This document shows, one piece after another, positions 29,119 through 38,450 of a stretch of 64,000 nucleotides of DNA. The stretch is from a bacterium (GTDB lineage: Bacteria; Hinthialibacterota; Hinthialibacteria; Hinthialibacterales; Hinthialibacteraceae): positions 1,600,001 through 1,664,000 of the forward strand of contig CAXXMV010000002.1 in assembly GCA_963662285.2 (NCBI GenBank). Direction: 5' to 3'. The stretch's first letter is position 1. The number at the start of each line of letters is the position of its first letter. The position numbers were made by a program, and so were the translations under genes. The notes under the pieces are model-generated. The model was not told the origin of the DNA, did not search any database, and saw nothing but the letters and a program-made list of their open reading frames with translations.

Positions 29119-31596
29119 CTATTTTTTATGCATAGGTAAAGTCAATGTGAACGTTGTTCCTTTTCCCTGTTCACTAATTAATCTTATGGTTCCCTCATGC
29201 AACTCAACTAACTCTTTGGCAATCGATAGCCCTAATCCTGATCCCTTGGCAAATTTTTGGGAAGCAGCCGTACGATAAAACCGTTCCCATATCTTTTCGC
29301 ATTCTTCAGCCGTCATCCCAATACCGGAATCCTTCACTGTAAGTGATACTGCATCAGCTACATGCGATAAACCAATATCAACCTTTCCATTTTCAGGTGT
29401 GTATTTAATAGCGTTGGAAATCAATTCCCCTACCACCCGTTCTATCTTGCTTCCATCAATATGAAGGTTAATCTCTTCGCCAAGTTTTGCGTTAAGCGTA
29501 ATCTTCTTCAGATCTGCGGCGGGGTGGTTTTCATTAATAATATTATCTACCAAAGTCTTAAAAGGAATATCGCTTTTCTCCAAAACAATCCGTCCAGTCT
29601 CAATCCGGTTAAGATCAAGCACATCGTTAATCAGGTTAGTCAGGCGATCCACAGATGTAGTGGCGCGGGTCATTACCTTTTGCTGCTTTTCGTTTAGCGC
29701 GCCTGCTATGCCCATGAGCAGATTATCGAGGCTGCCTTTGATGGCGGTTAACGGCGTGCGTAGATCATGGGAAGCTTGGGAGACGAATTGGGTTTTCATT
29801 TGGTCGAGTTGGATTAGTTGTGCGTTGGCTTCCTGCAACTCTGAATTGGCATTATTCAGGTACTGATTGGTAGTATCCAATTCTTCATTGGCGTGTTCGA
29901 GTTCTTTGGTGCGTCGATCAACTCGGTCTTCTAATTCAATGTTCAAAGTTGCGTATCTTTTCTGAATTTTCGCAAAACGATATGTCAAATAGATAGTCAT
30001 AAAAATAAGGAAAAATAAGTTGGCGAATCCGCCTTGTATATTCGTATAATAATGGATCGAAAAAATTGAGTTAAAATATGGCGTATTCATAAAAAACCAA
30101 CCGAATAATCCAAGTGAGAAAAACAATTTCCCCTCTAACCTTTTCCAATAAGCAAAAATAATAATTCGCAAAATTTCCAGCCGTAAAACCCATATAAAGT
30201 AAAGGGGAATATAATACAAATAAGGCAAAGGAACAAAGAAAAACAGTAACCACGAATATAGGGATAACCTTGAAAATACAAGTTTATGAAAAAAAAGTAT
30301 AATTATGCTCCATTGAAGATAACCAATAGAACCGAATAAATAAACTTTCATAAATGGAAAAGGTATAAATGTATTGAAATGACCGATTGAGACAGAAAGA
30401 AGGAATAACGAAAAATAAAAATATTCAGTTAGTTTAGGATAAAATAAATATATGGAAAAATGGATGATAAATAGAACAAATGGAATACCCATAAATATCA
30501 TCCAATAAAAAGTATTCTTGAAAACCTGGTATTCAACCGGACTGCTATCTCCAAAAATAGTTATTGAACCGATAGTTCCAGAGAAATTATTGCTATTGAA
30601 TATTTGATTAGAAATGGGACGAGCCGTATAACGAAGAACCGTTAATCCCGGATCCAGCGTTATATTCCATTGGATTCTGTCATTCTTAACAATTCCACCA
30701 TGACTGATATTGTCGAAGGTATATTGGGCCGGAGGATGTTCTAAGATAGTTATCGATTTTGTAGAAGATGGATTGATTATCTCGATAGTCGCATAGATAT
30801 TATCGTCAATAAGTTGAAGTTCCCGTTCAGCCGTGATTGATTGCATGGGCAACAGTTTTAATTCAGACAATTGTGCATGAGCCAGTTTTTTGTTATCTGC
30901 ATGGTTAGTGATCGCAATTCCATAAGATACTGTATCCCCTAAATGGATTTTTTCCGAATGCTGAAAATTCCACTCAATGCCATCATAAGACCATTCCGAG
31001 TAAACTATATTGAACTTAGCAACCCGCGTAACCCGTAAATAGACATCCTGTCCCGGTTCGGGCAAAGGATGATTCTTGCCGTATTTATTCGTGCTTGATG
31101 GTCTACTCCCTTTTGTAAAGCGAAACATCGACTTAACGGTATCGCCCGGTTTGTCATATTCCCCGTACCGCAAAAATGTAAAAAAAGTTTTAGAATCAGA
31201 TTGGGCAGCTTGATTGCGAATCATGGGTCCGACTTTACTCATATAGTTTAATGGCTCTCCCGTATCAATCCATTTCACTTTGGCGCTTAAACTCCATGAA
31301 CCGCTTCGGTTGGCGTACACAAAAAAACCTTCATCGGATAGTTTCCAGATGTCGTCGCCATTACCATAAATATCATAAACCAGATCGCCTTCATCCCCGG
31401 ATACCTCGACGCGGCCTGGAACCTTGAACATACCTTGCCTCGGCCCAAACTCTGGCGCCAGCCCCCAATTGGCAGTAGCGCTGAAAATGCCCAGATTAGC
31501 CGATTCCTGCGCCATGCAAGGAACAACTTGTACGAATGAGAACACAACGAAGCCGCAAAACAGAAACATTAGTTGAACAGAGACGCGCCTAACCAT
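29119..31596 (-). CDS. Sensor histidine kinase with signal peptide, large extracytoplasmic domain and multi-TM (7TM-DISM-like) segment
   Basis: SHDLRTPL, ELISNAIKYT, DSGIG, GSGLGL; ATG 31596 behind GGAG. Confidence 0.9.
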   Translation of the reverse strand: MVRRVSVQLMFLFCGFVVFSFVQVVPCMAQESANLGIFSATANWGLAPEFGPRQGMFKVPGRVEVSGDEGDLVYDIYGNGDDIWKLSDEGFFVYANRSGSWSLSAKVKWIDTGEPLNYMSKVGPMIRNQAAQSDSKTFFTFLRYGEYDKPGDTVKSMFRFTKGSRPSSTNKYGKNHPLPEPGQDVYLRVTRVAKFNIVYSEWSYDGIEWNFQHSEKIHLGDTVSYGIAITNHADNKKLAHAQLSELKLLPMQSITAERELQLIDDNIYATIEIINPSSTKSITILEHPPAQYTFDNISHGGIVKNDRIQWNITLDPGLTVLRYTARPISNQIFNSNNFSGTIGSITIFGDSSPVEYQVFKNTFYWMIFMGIPFVLFIIHFSIYLFYPKLTEYFYFSLFLLSVSIGHFNTFIPFPFMKVYLFGSIGYLQWSIIILFFHKLVFSRLSLYSWLLFFFVPLPYLYYIPLYFIWVLRLEILRIIIFAYWKRLEGKLFFSLGLFGWFFMNTPYFNSIFSIHYYTNIQGGFANLFFLIFMTIYLTYRFAKIQKRYATLNIELEDRVDRRTKELEHANEELDTTNQYLNNANSELQEANAQLIQLDQMKTQFVSQASHDLRTPLTAIKGSLDNLLMGIAGALNEKQQKVMTRATTSVDRLTNLINDVLDLNRIETGRIVLEKSDIPFKTLVDNIINENHPAADLKKITLNAKLGEEINLHIDGSKIERVVGELISNAIKYTPENGKVDIGLSHVADAVSLTVKDSGIGMTAEECEKIWERFYRTAASQKFAKGSGLGLSIAKELVELHEGTIRLISEQGKGTTFTLTLPMHKK

Positions 31597-31780
31597 GATT
31601 TCTCCCACATAATGGAATTGCACACCAAGACAATCAAAGCGATTATCTCAAAAAATAGAAGAAGAGTCTACTTTAGTGGGCAGGATGGGGTAAAAGCGCA
31701 AGCGTAGAACTCAAGCAATAAAAAAGGGGGAGGAATAATTACTTATCATCCCTCCCCCATTAATCAACAATTATAAGTAT

Positions 31781-33145
31781 TTATATCTTAGGATAAGTCC
31801 AGGGCGCACGGTATTCCCTGCTCAGTAATTTGTTGGCTGCTGGATTATCGGTTATTATTTCTTTCTCACCGTCCCAATCGATGCTATGACCAAGTTTCAG
31901 CGATAGCATACCCAGCAAACTCATCTCGGTTGAACGATGACCGATCTCTATATCACATATCGGGCGTTTTCCGGTTTTGATGCAGGATAGTAAGTCGCTC
32001 CATAAACCACCGATATTCTCTTTATCCCAGTTATCAAACACGCAATCCTCATGAATGGTCTGCCCGCTCTTTGCGTTGGGATAAAATGTCCAGCCATCCA
32101 ACCAACCCAGATGCAAGGCGCCTTCAGTACCATAGAAATAGACGCCTATATTGCTTTTCTCGGTGTTGTTGGCGCCATACCATCTATGTTCCCAGGTTGC
32201 GGTGAACTTATCGAAGGCGAAGGTCACCACTTGGGTATCAGGAACATCGCTGGATGTTTGGCTGATATGACGGCCTCCGGTTGATGATACTTTTTTAGGC
32301 GAGGTCTCATCGGCCCACCATAGAATTTGATCCATCCAATGGATTCCCCAGTCGCCCAGCTGACCGTTGGCGTAATCCAGGTATTTGCGGAATCCCTTGG
32401 GGTGAATATCCGTATTAAATGGCCGCAAGGGTCCAGGGCCGCACCACATATCCCAATCCAATCCCTTAGGCGTTTCCGAATCGGGAGTCTTTTGCCCTGC
32501 GCCGCCGCCGTAATGCACGAAAGCCCGGCACATGCCAATCTGGCCCAGTTTCCCTGAATGCAGAAATTCCATAGCCGATTTATTATGCACCCCGGCGCGG
32601 CGATGGGTTCCCACCTGCACCACCCGGTTGCATTCACGCGCCGCTTTGACCATAGCGCGGCCTTCATTTATGGTGTGGCAAATAGGTTTTTCGACGTATA
32701 CATGCGCTCCCGCTTCGACTGCGGCGATCATGGCCAGTGGATGCCAATGATCCGGCGTACCGATGATAACAATTTCCGGCTTCTCTTTTTCGAGCATCTC
32801 ACGGAAATCGGTATACTGTTTGGGGTGTACGCCGCTGACCTTTTCAACCAGGTCGCAGGCTTTGGCCAGATAGGGCTTTTTTAAGTCGCGGCTGCCCGTT
32901 AAGAGGTCGCGGTGCGCCGAAGGCAGGTCAAGTTCGCTTTGATCCACGTCGCACACGCCAACGATTTCACATTCACCCGAAGCCATAGCGTAGCGTGTTA
33001 TATTCAATCCCCACCAACCAGCCCCGATTACGGCTGTACGGTATTTTTTATCCCGCGCCTGAGTAAATACTGCTGGCGCCGATAAAAAAGCCCCTGCGGC
33101 GGCGGTCTGTTTTAGAAAAGAACGGCGTTGCTGATTATTCTCCAT
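31781..33145 (-). CDS. Gfo/Idh/MocA family oxidoreductase with Tat signal
   Basis: QRRSFLK; AVIGAGWWG; GTPDHWH; YVEKP; DWGIHW.D. Confidence 0.9.
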   Translation of the reverse strand: MENNQQRRSFLKQTAAAGAFLSAPAVFTQARDKKYRTAVIGAGWWGLNITRYAMASGECEIVGVCDVDQSELDLPSAHRDLLTGSRDLKKPYLAKACDLVEKVSGVHPKQYTDFREMLEKEKPEIVIIGTPDHWHPLAMIAAVEAGAHVYVEKPICHTINEGRAMVKAARECNRVVQVGTHRRAGVHNKSAMEFLHSGKLGQIGMCRAFVHYGGGAGQKTPDSETPKGLDWDMWCGPGPLRPFNTDIHPKGFRKYLDYANGQLGDWGIHWMDQILWWADETSPKKVSSTGGRHISQTSSDVPDTQVVTFAFDKFTATWEHRWYGANNTEKSNIGVYFYGTEGALHLGWLDGWTFYPNAKSGQTIHEDCVFDNWDKENIGGLWSDLLSCIKTGKRPICDIEIGHRSTEMSLLGMLSLKLGHSIDWDGEKEIITDNPAANKLLSREYRAPWTYPKI

Positions 33146-33204
33146 CTCATAATCCTCCTAATTCTCAAATATGGCGTGATTATAACATATCTCCCCACCC
33201 CGGC

Positions 33205-33233
33205 GTAGGATGGGTCGGTCTTATCGACCCATC
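33205..33233 (+). repeat. GTAG-type REP
   Basis: GTAGGATGGGTCG...CGACCCATC. Confidence 0.75.
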
Positions 33234-33385
33234 AAAGAACCACCCAATCAATAAATTCACCTCCCCAATTATCAAATTACAATTTAAATCAAAAAAAAAT
33301 TGAGACATAATTACATAACAAAGATAAATATATAAAGAAAGAGTTTTCAATAACGGTTTTTCCAGACCAAAGATAGGAGCCATTC

Positions 33386-35152
33386 ATGTTTCATTTACGC
33401 CATTTGAACTACTTATTATTAGCGTCACTTATTCTTATATTCTCCGCATCTGTTGTTTATGCTGATCCTGATCCGGATATGGACAATGTTGTCATCAACG
33501 ATTTCCCGGTGCGACTCAACCTGTCTCCAGTGGCGCCAACTACTCATGACAGCATATTGATTGAAGGATTCCTGCGGCCAAGTACGTATATACAGGAAAT
33601 TGAACTGGTGGATTATCAGTGGGAAAATCCTTATAAACTATTGGTAAATCTACTTTTAATTCCTGGAGATTTCGTCCCCCCGGAGGAAGGTAAAGATTAT
33701 TTCGCCATCAATTTAGAACCTCAAGCAGAAGGTGAATATACCGTTGTATTCCTAAATAACGGTGAAATTGCCCACCAAATGGAATTTAAGGTCGAGAAGA
33801 CCATACCCAAGTTTCCCATCAATCTGGATATCCTTGCCGCTGAATCATCAGGTATGTTTGACATCGTGGTTTCCGGTGAATTCCCCAATCCGGCTTACTC
33901 CATTAACCAGCATGAGATTATCACCGCACCGAATCGTATTGTAGTCAGCCTCAACATAGATGAACCAACCGAAGCCGCCGCCCAGGTTATCACTCCCTTC
34001 AAAGAAAACCTGGAAAGCATTCAGTTAGAAGATGGCTTCTATGATGTCAGGTTAGAAATCAATGGCCGGATTATAATATATCAACCTTTGGAGATTAAAG
34101 ATTCTATACCTTCTATTATCGTACCCATACCAATGCCTGAACCTGTTCCTGCGATGTTGCATGACGTTAAACTCAACATCGATCCTTTCACAGTAAACAA
34201 AGGGGGAACCATCAACGCCACTGTTGAAGGATATTTCTCCAGCACGGCATACGAAATAACCAATGAAGAAATACGTCAAGACAATAATATGTTCATCATC
34301 CATTGGGATGTTAAAGAACACGAGATTGGCGATAGCGTCATCGTTCCCGTTAAAAAGGAATACGCCTTCGAAAACCTCGAACCGGGTTATTATGAAGTGC
34401 TTTTTGAAATTAATGAAAACGTTATCGAAATGAGCAAATTTCATGTTGATGGTAAAATTTTCAAACCAACAGAAGGCCTGCCTTTCAGTGCGGAATTGCG
34501 AACGATGTTTATGCAAACAGTAACGGAAGAAGGCGGCTCACAGGATTCAGTTCATTTTAACCTGAGCGGAGATTTTCCGACTACTGGATATCTCTTTGCA
34601 GAGAAGAGTATCAATATCAATGACGATCAGATCACCATCAATATTGAGATCACCGAACCTGATGGAGTCGTCGCTGAAGTTATCACATCATATAATGAAG
34701 ATATCGGCTCTCTCGATATCGCTGACCTCTGGGAACGAACCTATACAGCAACCGCCATCGTCAATGGCGTCGCTTTGGACCCTGTAACCTTCGGAGGACC
34801 GATTAATCCCTGGAGTTGGATCGACGTACAATTGGATTACGATGGCAACGATGATTCCATAACCGATTTCATCGTCGTTGGGAATACGCCCTCTCCGGGA
34901 TACTCCATTGAACAGAGCGAAATTGATATTGACGGCTACCAGATCAATGTCCGCTTGACTATTCAAAAGCCAGAAGGCGAAGAACCAGCGGTCATTCAGC
35001 CCATCCGCAAAAATATCGGCGCCGTGAGAGTACCGGATATTTGGGGAAACGCCTATCAACTAAATATTTTCGTCAACGGCGAATTGATTAACAACCGCCA
35101 GGTCCATAACGGCGAAACCATTACACCAGTTCTAAACTGGACCATCTATTAA
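33386..35152 (+). CDS. Secreted acidic repeat protein (about five beta-rich modules) with C-terminal motif TPVLNWTIY
   Basis: Signal peptide; recurring G.FP...Y.I....I......I...L.I..P......VI.P...Y.V....NG. Confidence 0.75.
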   Translation: MFHLRHLNYLLLASLILIFSASVVYADPDPDMDNVVINDFPVRLNLSPVAPTTHDSILIEGFLRPSTYIQEIELVDYQWENPYKLLVNLLLIPGDFVPPEEGKDYFAINLEPQAEGEYTVVFLNNGEIAHQMEFKVEKTIPKFPINLDILAAESSGMFDIVVSGEFPNPAYSINQHEIITAPNRIVVSLNIDEPTEAAAQVITPFKENLESIQLEDGFYDVRLEINGRIIIYQPLEIKDSIPSIIVPIPMPEPVPAMLHDVKLNIDPFTVNKGGTINATVEGYFSSTAYEITNEEIRQDNNMFIIHWDVKEHEIGDSVIVPVKKEYAFENLEPGYYEVLFEINENVIEMSKFHVDGKIFKPTEGLPFSAELRTMFMQTVTEEGGSQDSVHFNLSGDFPTTGYLFAEKSININDDQITINIEITEPDGVVAEVITSYNEDIGSLDIADLWERTYTATAIVNGVALDPVTFGGPINPWSWIDVQLDYDGNDDSITDFIVVGNTPSPGYSIEQSEIDIDGYQINVRLTIQKPEGEEPAVIQPIRKNIGAVRVPDIWGNAYQLNIFVNGELINNRQVHNGETITPVLNWTIY

Positions 35153-35196
35153 CAACACACCACTCAATTGTTTTTTTCTCCATGTCATGTTTCAGA

Positions 35197-35227
35197 GAAG
35201 GGGATGGCCATCACGCCATCCCCTTTT
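35197..35227 (+). terminator. Intrinsic terminator
   Basis: AAGGGGATGGC...GCCATCCCCTTTT. Confidence 0.8.
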
Positions 35228-35280
35228 CACATATACACACGGAACAACAAAAGCCCCCACCTACGCGTTATGATAAAAAT

Positions 35281-35388
35281 CCCTCTCCCAAGACTGGGAG
35301 AGGCTAGGTGAGGGTTGAAAAAAATCACCCAAGCCAAACAAAACGGGGTGGGTGGCAAGGGCAAGACCGCAATGTGCCCAGCCCTTGA
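35281..35388 (-). repeat. Family D palindrome (35281-35317) plus family B long variant (35350-35388)
   Basis: Direct comparison with 22181-22217 and 3334-3372. Confidence 0.85.
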
Positions 35389-35423
35389 TGCGATCACTGA
35401 CGATTCAGCGAACACTTCAAACT

Positions 35424-35768
35424 TCAGTGGGTGGGTTGTATATCAGTTGTTTTATGTTCCATAGGAACCAACTCTATCCGAACTTTCAGGTTAAGAGCGG
35501 CGGCGATGCGGCGCAGCATGGCAAGAGTATGCCCATCATAGTCAGAATCTTCCAAACGGTTAATCACCGTCTGGCTCGTCCCAATTAAATCAGCCAACTC
35601 CTGTTGCGTTAATCCTGCGCCCTGCCGTAAATCATAAATGATCTGTGCAATTTCGGCATTCGCTCTTTCCTCTTCAAGAAGAGCCAACATTTCCGGTTTT
35701 CCTTCAATATACCGACGGTGCAGAATTTCAACGCCATCTGTTGTCGGTTCTCGCTTACTCATGATCAA
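35424..35768 (-). CDS. XRE-family HTH protein, HigA-like antitoxin
   Basis: IAQIIYDLRQGAGLTQQELADLIGTSQTVINRLED.DYDGHTL.ML.RIAAAL. Confidence 0.85.
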   Translation of the reverse strand: MIMSKREPTTDGVEILHRRYIEGKPEMLALLEEERANAEIAQIIYDLRQGAGLTQQELADLIGTSQTVINRLEDSDYDGHTLAMLRRIAAALNLKVRIELVPMEHKTTDIQPTH

Positions 35769-35796
35769 TAATCCTTATAACATGGGTGGCTGCTAT

Positions 35797-35938
35797 CAAC
35801 CCTCTCCTAACCTCTCCCAATCTTGGGAGAGGAATAGTTATACAAAGTATTTTATATGACCAAGTCTAAACAATATAACTGGTGATATTTCCAAAATCCC
35901 TCTCCCCCGAGCCTGGGGGAGAATTCAAGAGGGGGTTG
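35797..35938. repeat. Family D palindromes (35797-35832 and variant at about 35898-35938)
   Basis: CAACCCTCTCCTAACCTCTCCCAATCTTGGGAGAGG; CCCTCTCCCCC...GGGGGAGA. Confidence 0.75.
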
Positions 35939-36020
35939 TTGCCTATAACTTTGGATTTTCCAATTTACATTATCATAATAATCAAAATGTGGGCGCCTAG
36001 GGGTTACTTCTCCTGGTATA

Positions 36021-36824
36021 TCACCGCGCAAAGCTGAAATTGGGGGTGGTATTTCCAGCCGTAACCATAGGGATGCCTCCAGGGGCGGGTTGCTCAGCGC
36101 CGCCGAACAGGGCGCTTAAGACTCCAGTGGCGGCGGCCAGGTTTTGCTGCAAGACTTGATCCGCGTCCTGTTGGAAATCATCCATCTTTTGTTGCAGGCG
36201 TTCCAACTCGACGCTGCGTTTCTCTTTTTCGTTATCATCCATTTCACGTTCAAGTTTGGCTTCTTCGCGGCGGTTTTCTTCTATTTGAGCCGGATTGCCC
36301 GATTGGATAGCGCGATCCATCTCCATACGCGCCAGGGTTATATTACGTTCCAGTCGCTGGTCTTCCGATTCAAGGTCTTGCTCCTGCTCTTGCAGTTCAT
36401 CTTCGGTTGGTTGGGTTGCGTTTTGCAGATCAGTTGACGAAGCCGACAGCGCATCATCTTCGGCCTCAGGCTCTTCGCTCTCTTCGGCGGCCTCCAGGTA
36501 ATCTTTGCTTGGCGTCTGGGGTTGATAGACCGAATTAGGCAGAAAACCATTTGAATCAGTTCGGGTTACGACTGTAGTCAATCCACCGTTGATAGTAGGG
36601 CTGACATCCCCCACGCCCAAGGTGAAAGTCCGCTTGGTGAAGAGCACATCCTCGCCTTGAGCCATGGCGCGCATACGCAGACGGGTTTCGTTGCGTTGTT
36701 CCTGGGTCGAAACAAGCCCTGCTGATTGCGCTTCCGTAGCTGCAAGCCGAATCGCCGGTTCGCCCGGATCGGGCTTAAAATGCATCACCGGCATGCTCTG
36801 CATGCCTACTGGACCAATAACCAT
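36021..36824 (-). CDS. Hypothetical protein with acidic coiled coil
   Basis: 267-aa ORF; E/Q/R-rich helical C-terminal half. Confidence 0.7.
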   Translation of the reverse strand: MVIGPVGMQSMPVMHFKPDPGEPAIRLAATEAQSAGLVSTQEQRNETRLRMRAMAQGEDVLFTKRTFTLGVGDVSPTINGGLTTVVTRTDSNGFLPNSVYQPQTPSKDYLEAAEESEEPEAEDDALSASSTDLQNATQPTEDELQEQEQDLESEDQRLERNITLARMEMDRAIQSGNPAQIEENRREEAKLEREMDDNEKEKRSVELERLQQKMDDFQQDADQVLQQNLAAATGVLSALFGGAEQPAPGGIPMVTAGNTTPNFSFAR

Positions 36825-36888
36825 CGTTTTATCTCATAATTCTTATTTCGAGACAGACCTCTCCCGGACAGACTTATCTAATATCGAA

Positions 36889-36915
36889 TTATCGGTTGTT
36901 TTCAGAAAAACTTAA
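36889..36915 (-). promoter_or_regulatory. Sigma-28 (FliA/WhiG)-like promoter
   Basis: Minus strand TTAAGTTT-N11-ACCGATAA versus consensus TAAAGTTT-N11-GCCGATAA, 65 bp upstream of the ORF starting at 36824. Confidence 0.65.
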
Positions 36916-37067
36916 GGGAATTTAGGGTAAAGTCTGGAGATTTGTTGATATTCTTTACCCGGCCTCGAAATAATGCATAATTAAATGTATATACATATTT
37001 GCTATAACATAAGATTCACATATAGTCTGGCATCTCATTAAAGAATCCCCTGGATCAAGGAAATTTC

Positions 37068-38450
37068 ATGAACGGTAAAGAACTGTTATTCAAAACATTA
37101 CGCAAAGAGGAAACCTTCCGGCCAGCCTGGGTTCCATTTGTGGGCATTCATGGCGGCCAGATAATTGACGTTACCGCGGAAGATTATTTAAAATCCAGCG
37201 ACCTGATCATCCAGGGATTAACCAAAGCCATTGAACTCTATAAACCCGACGGCATTCCCATAGTATTCGACCTGCAAGTCGAAGCGGAAATCCTGTCATG
37301 TGAATTACGCTGGTCGGCCGAAAGCCCGCCATCGGTGGTTTCGCATCCCCTACAGAATGGCGCCTTAGAGGATTTGCCGCCCTTCGATGCAACCAAGGGA
37401 CGCATGCCGCTAATTCTGGATGCGCTGCGTCAGTTAAAAAAAGACCACGGCGATCAGGTCGCCATGTATGGATTGATCACCGGCCCCTTCACTCTGGCTT
37501 TGCATCTGATGGGCAACGACCTGTTTTTGAATATGTTCGATAAAGAAGATATGGTGAAAGAGGTGCTGGACTTCTGCGCTGAAGTGGGCAAAAAATCCGC
37601 GCAAGCATATATAGAAAACGGGGCCGATGTCATCGCAGTGGTTGATCCCATGACCAGCCAGATATCATCCGCCCATTTCGAAGCCTTCGTGACGCCATTC
37701 ATCAATGATGTCTATGATTACATTCGCGAACAAAAAGCCTTCTCATCATTATTCGTATGCGGAGACGCCACCAGAAATCTGGAAGTCATGGCGCAAACCC
37801 ATTGCGATAACATCTCTATCGATGAGAATATCTCGCTTGAACTGTTGACCAAACTTGGCAAACAATACGACAAATCGGTTGGAGGCAACCTGCAATTAAC
37901 CGTATCGCTCCTGCTGGGCACTGAAGACGATGCCAAACTAGACGCCATACGCTGCATCAAAGCAGCTGAAGGCAGCCCTGGTTTTGTTCTATCGCCGGGC
38001 TGCGATATCCCCTGGGGCGTGCCCGTCAAGAACCTGCAAGCGGTGGCCGATATGCTGCTGGACAGTTATCAAAGAGATGTAGCCGAGCATACCATCAAGA
38101 TCGGCGAGGTCGATTCGTTCGATGATATTTCGCTGCCGGATTATAACCATGAAGAAAACGTCTACGTCGATATCATAACCCTCGACTCCACCAGTTGCGC
38201 TCCATGCCAGTACATGCTCGAAGCGGCGCAGCAAGCCGTGGACGCCCTGGGAGAAAACGTCGTCGTTACCGAGCATAAAATCAAAACCCGCCAGGGATTA
38301 GGCGTCATGACCAAACTGGGCATCCGCAATATCCCCACTATATGCATAGACGGCCACGCCCGTTTCGTCTCCATGCTGCCCGACCAGAACATACTGATTG
38401 ATACCATCAGGACGCGGGTAAACCAAAAGAAAGCGATGATGTTAAAATGA
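37068..38450 (+). CDS. URO-D/MtaA-CmuA-like methyltransferase family protein fused to a C-terminal thioredoxin-like domain
   Basis: FDLQVEAE, TGPFTLA, VCGD, VGGNL, LSPGCDI; C-terminal CAPC and IPTICIDG. Confidence 0.85.
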   Translation: MNGKELLFKTLRKEETFRPAWVPFVGIHGGQIIDVTAEDYLKSSDLIIQGLTKAIELYKPDGIPIVFDLQVEAEILSCELRWSAESPPSVVSHPLQNGALEDLPPFDATKGRMPLILDALRQLKKDHGDQVAMYGLITGPFTLALHLMGNDLFLNMFDKEDMVKEVLDFCAEVGKKSAQAYIENGADVIAVVDPMTSQISSAHFEAFVTPFINDVYDYIREQKAFSSLFVCGDATRNLEVMAQTHCDNISIDENISLELLTKLGKQYDKSVGGNLQLTVSLLLGTEDDAKLDAIRCIKAAEGSPGFVLSPGCDIPWGVPVKNLQAVADMLLDSYQRDVAEHTIKIGEVDSFDDISLPDYNHEENVYVDIITLDSTSCAPCQYMLEAAQQAVDALGENVVVTEHKIKTRQGLGVMTKLGIRNIPTICIDGHARFVSMLPDQNILIDTIRTRVNQKKAMMLK

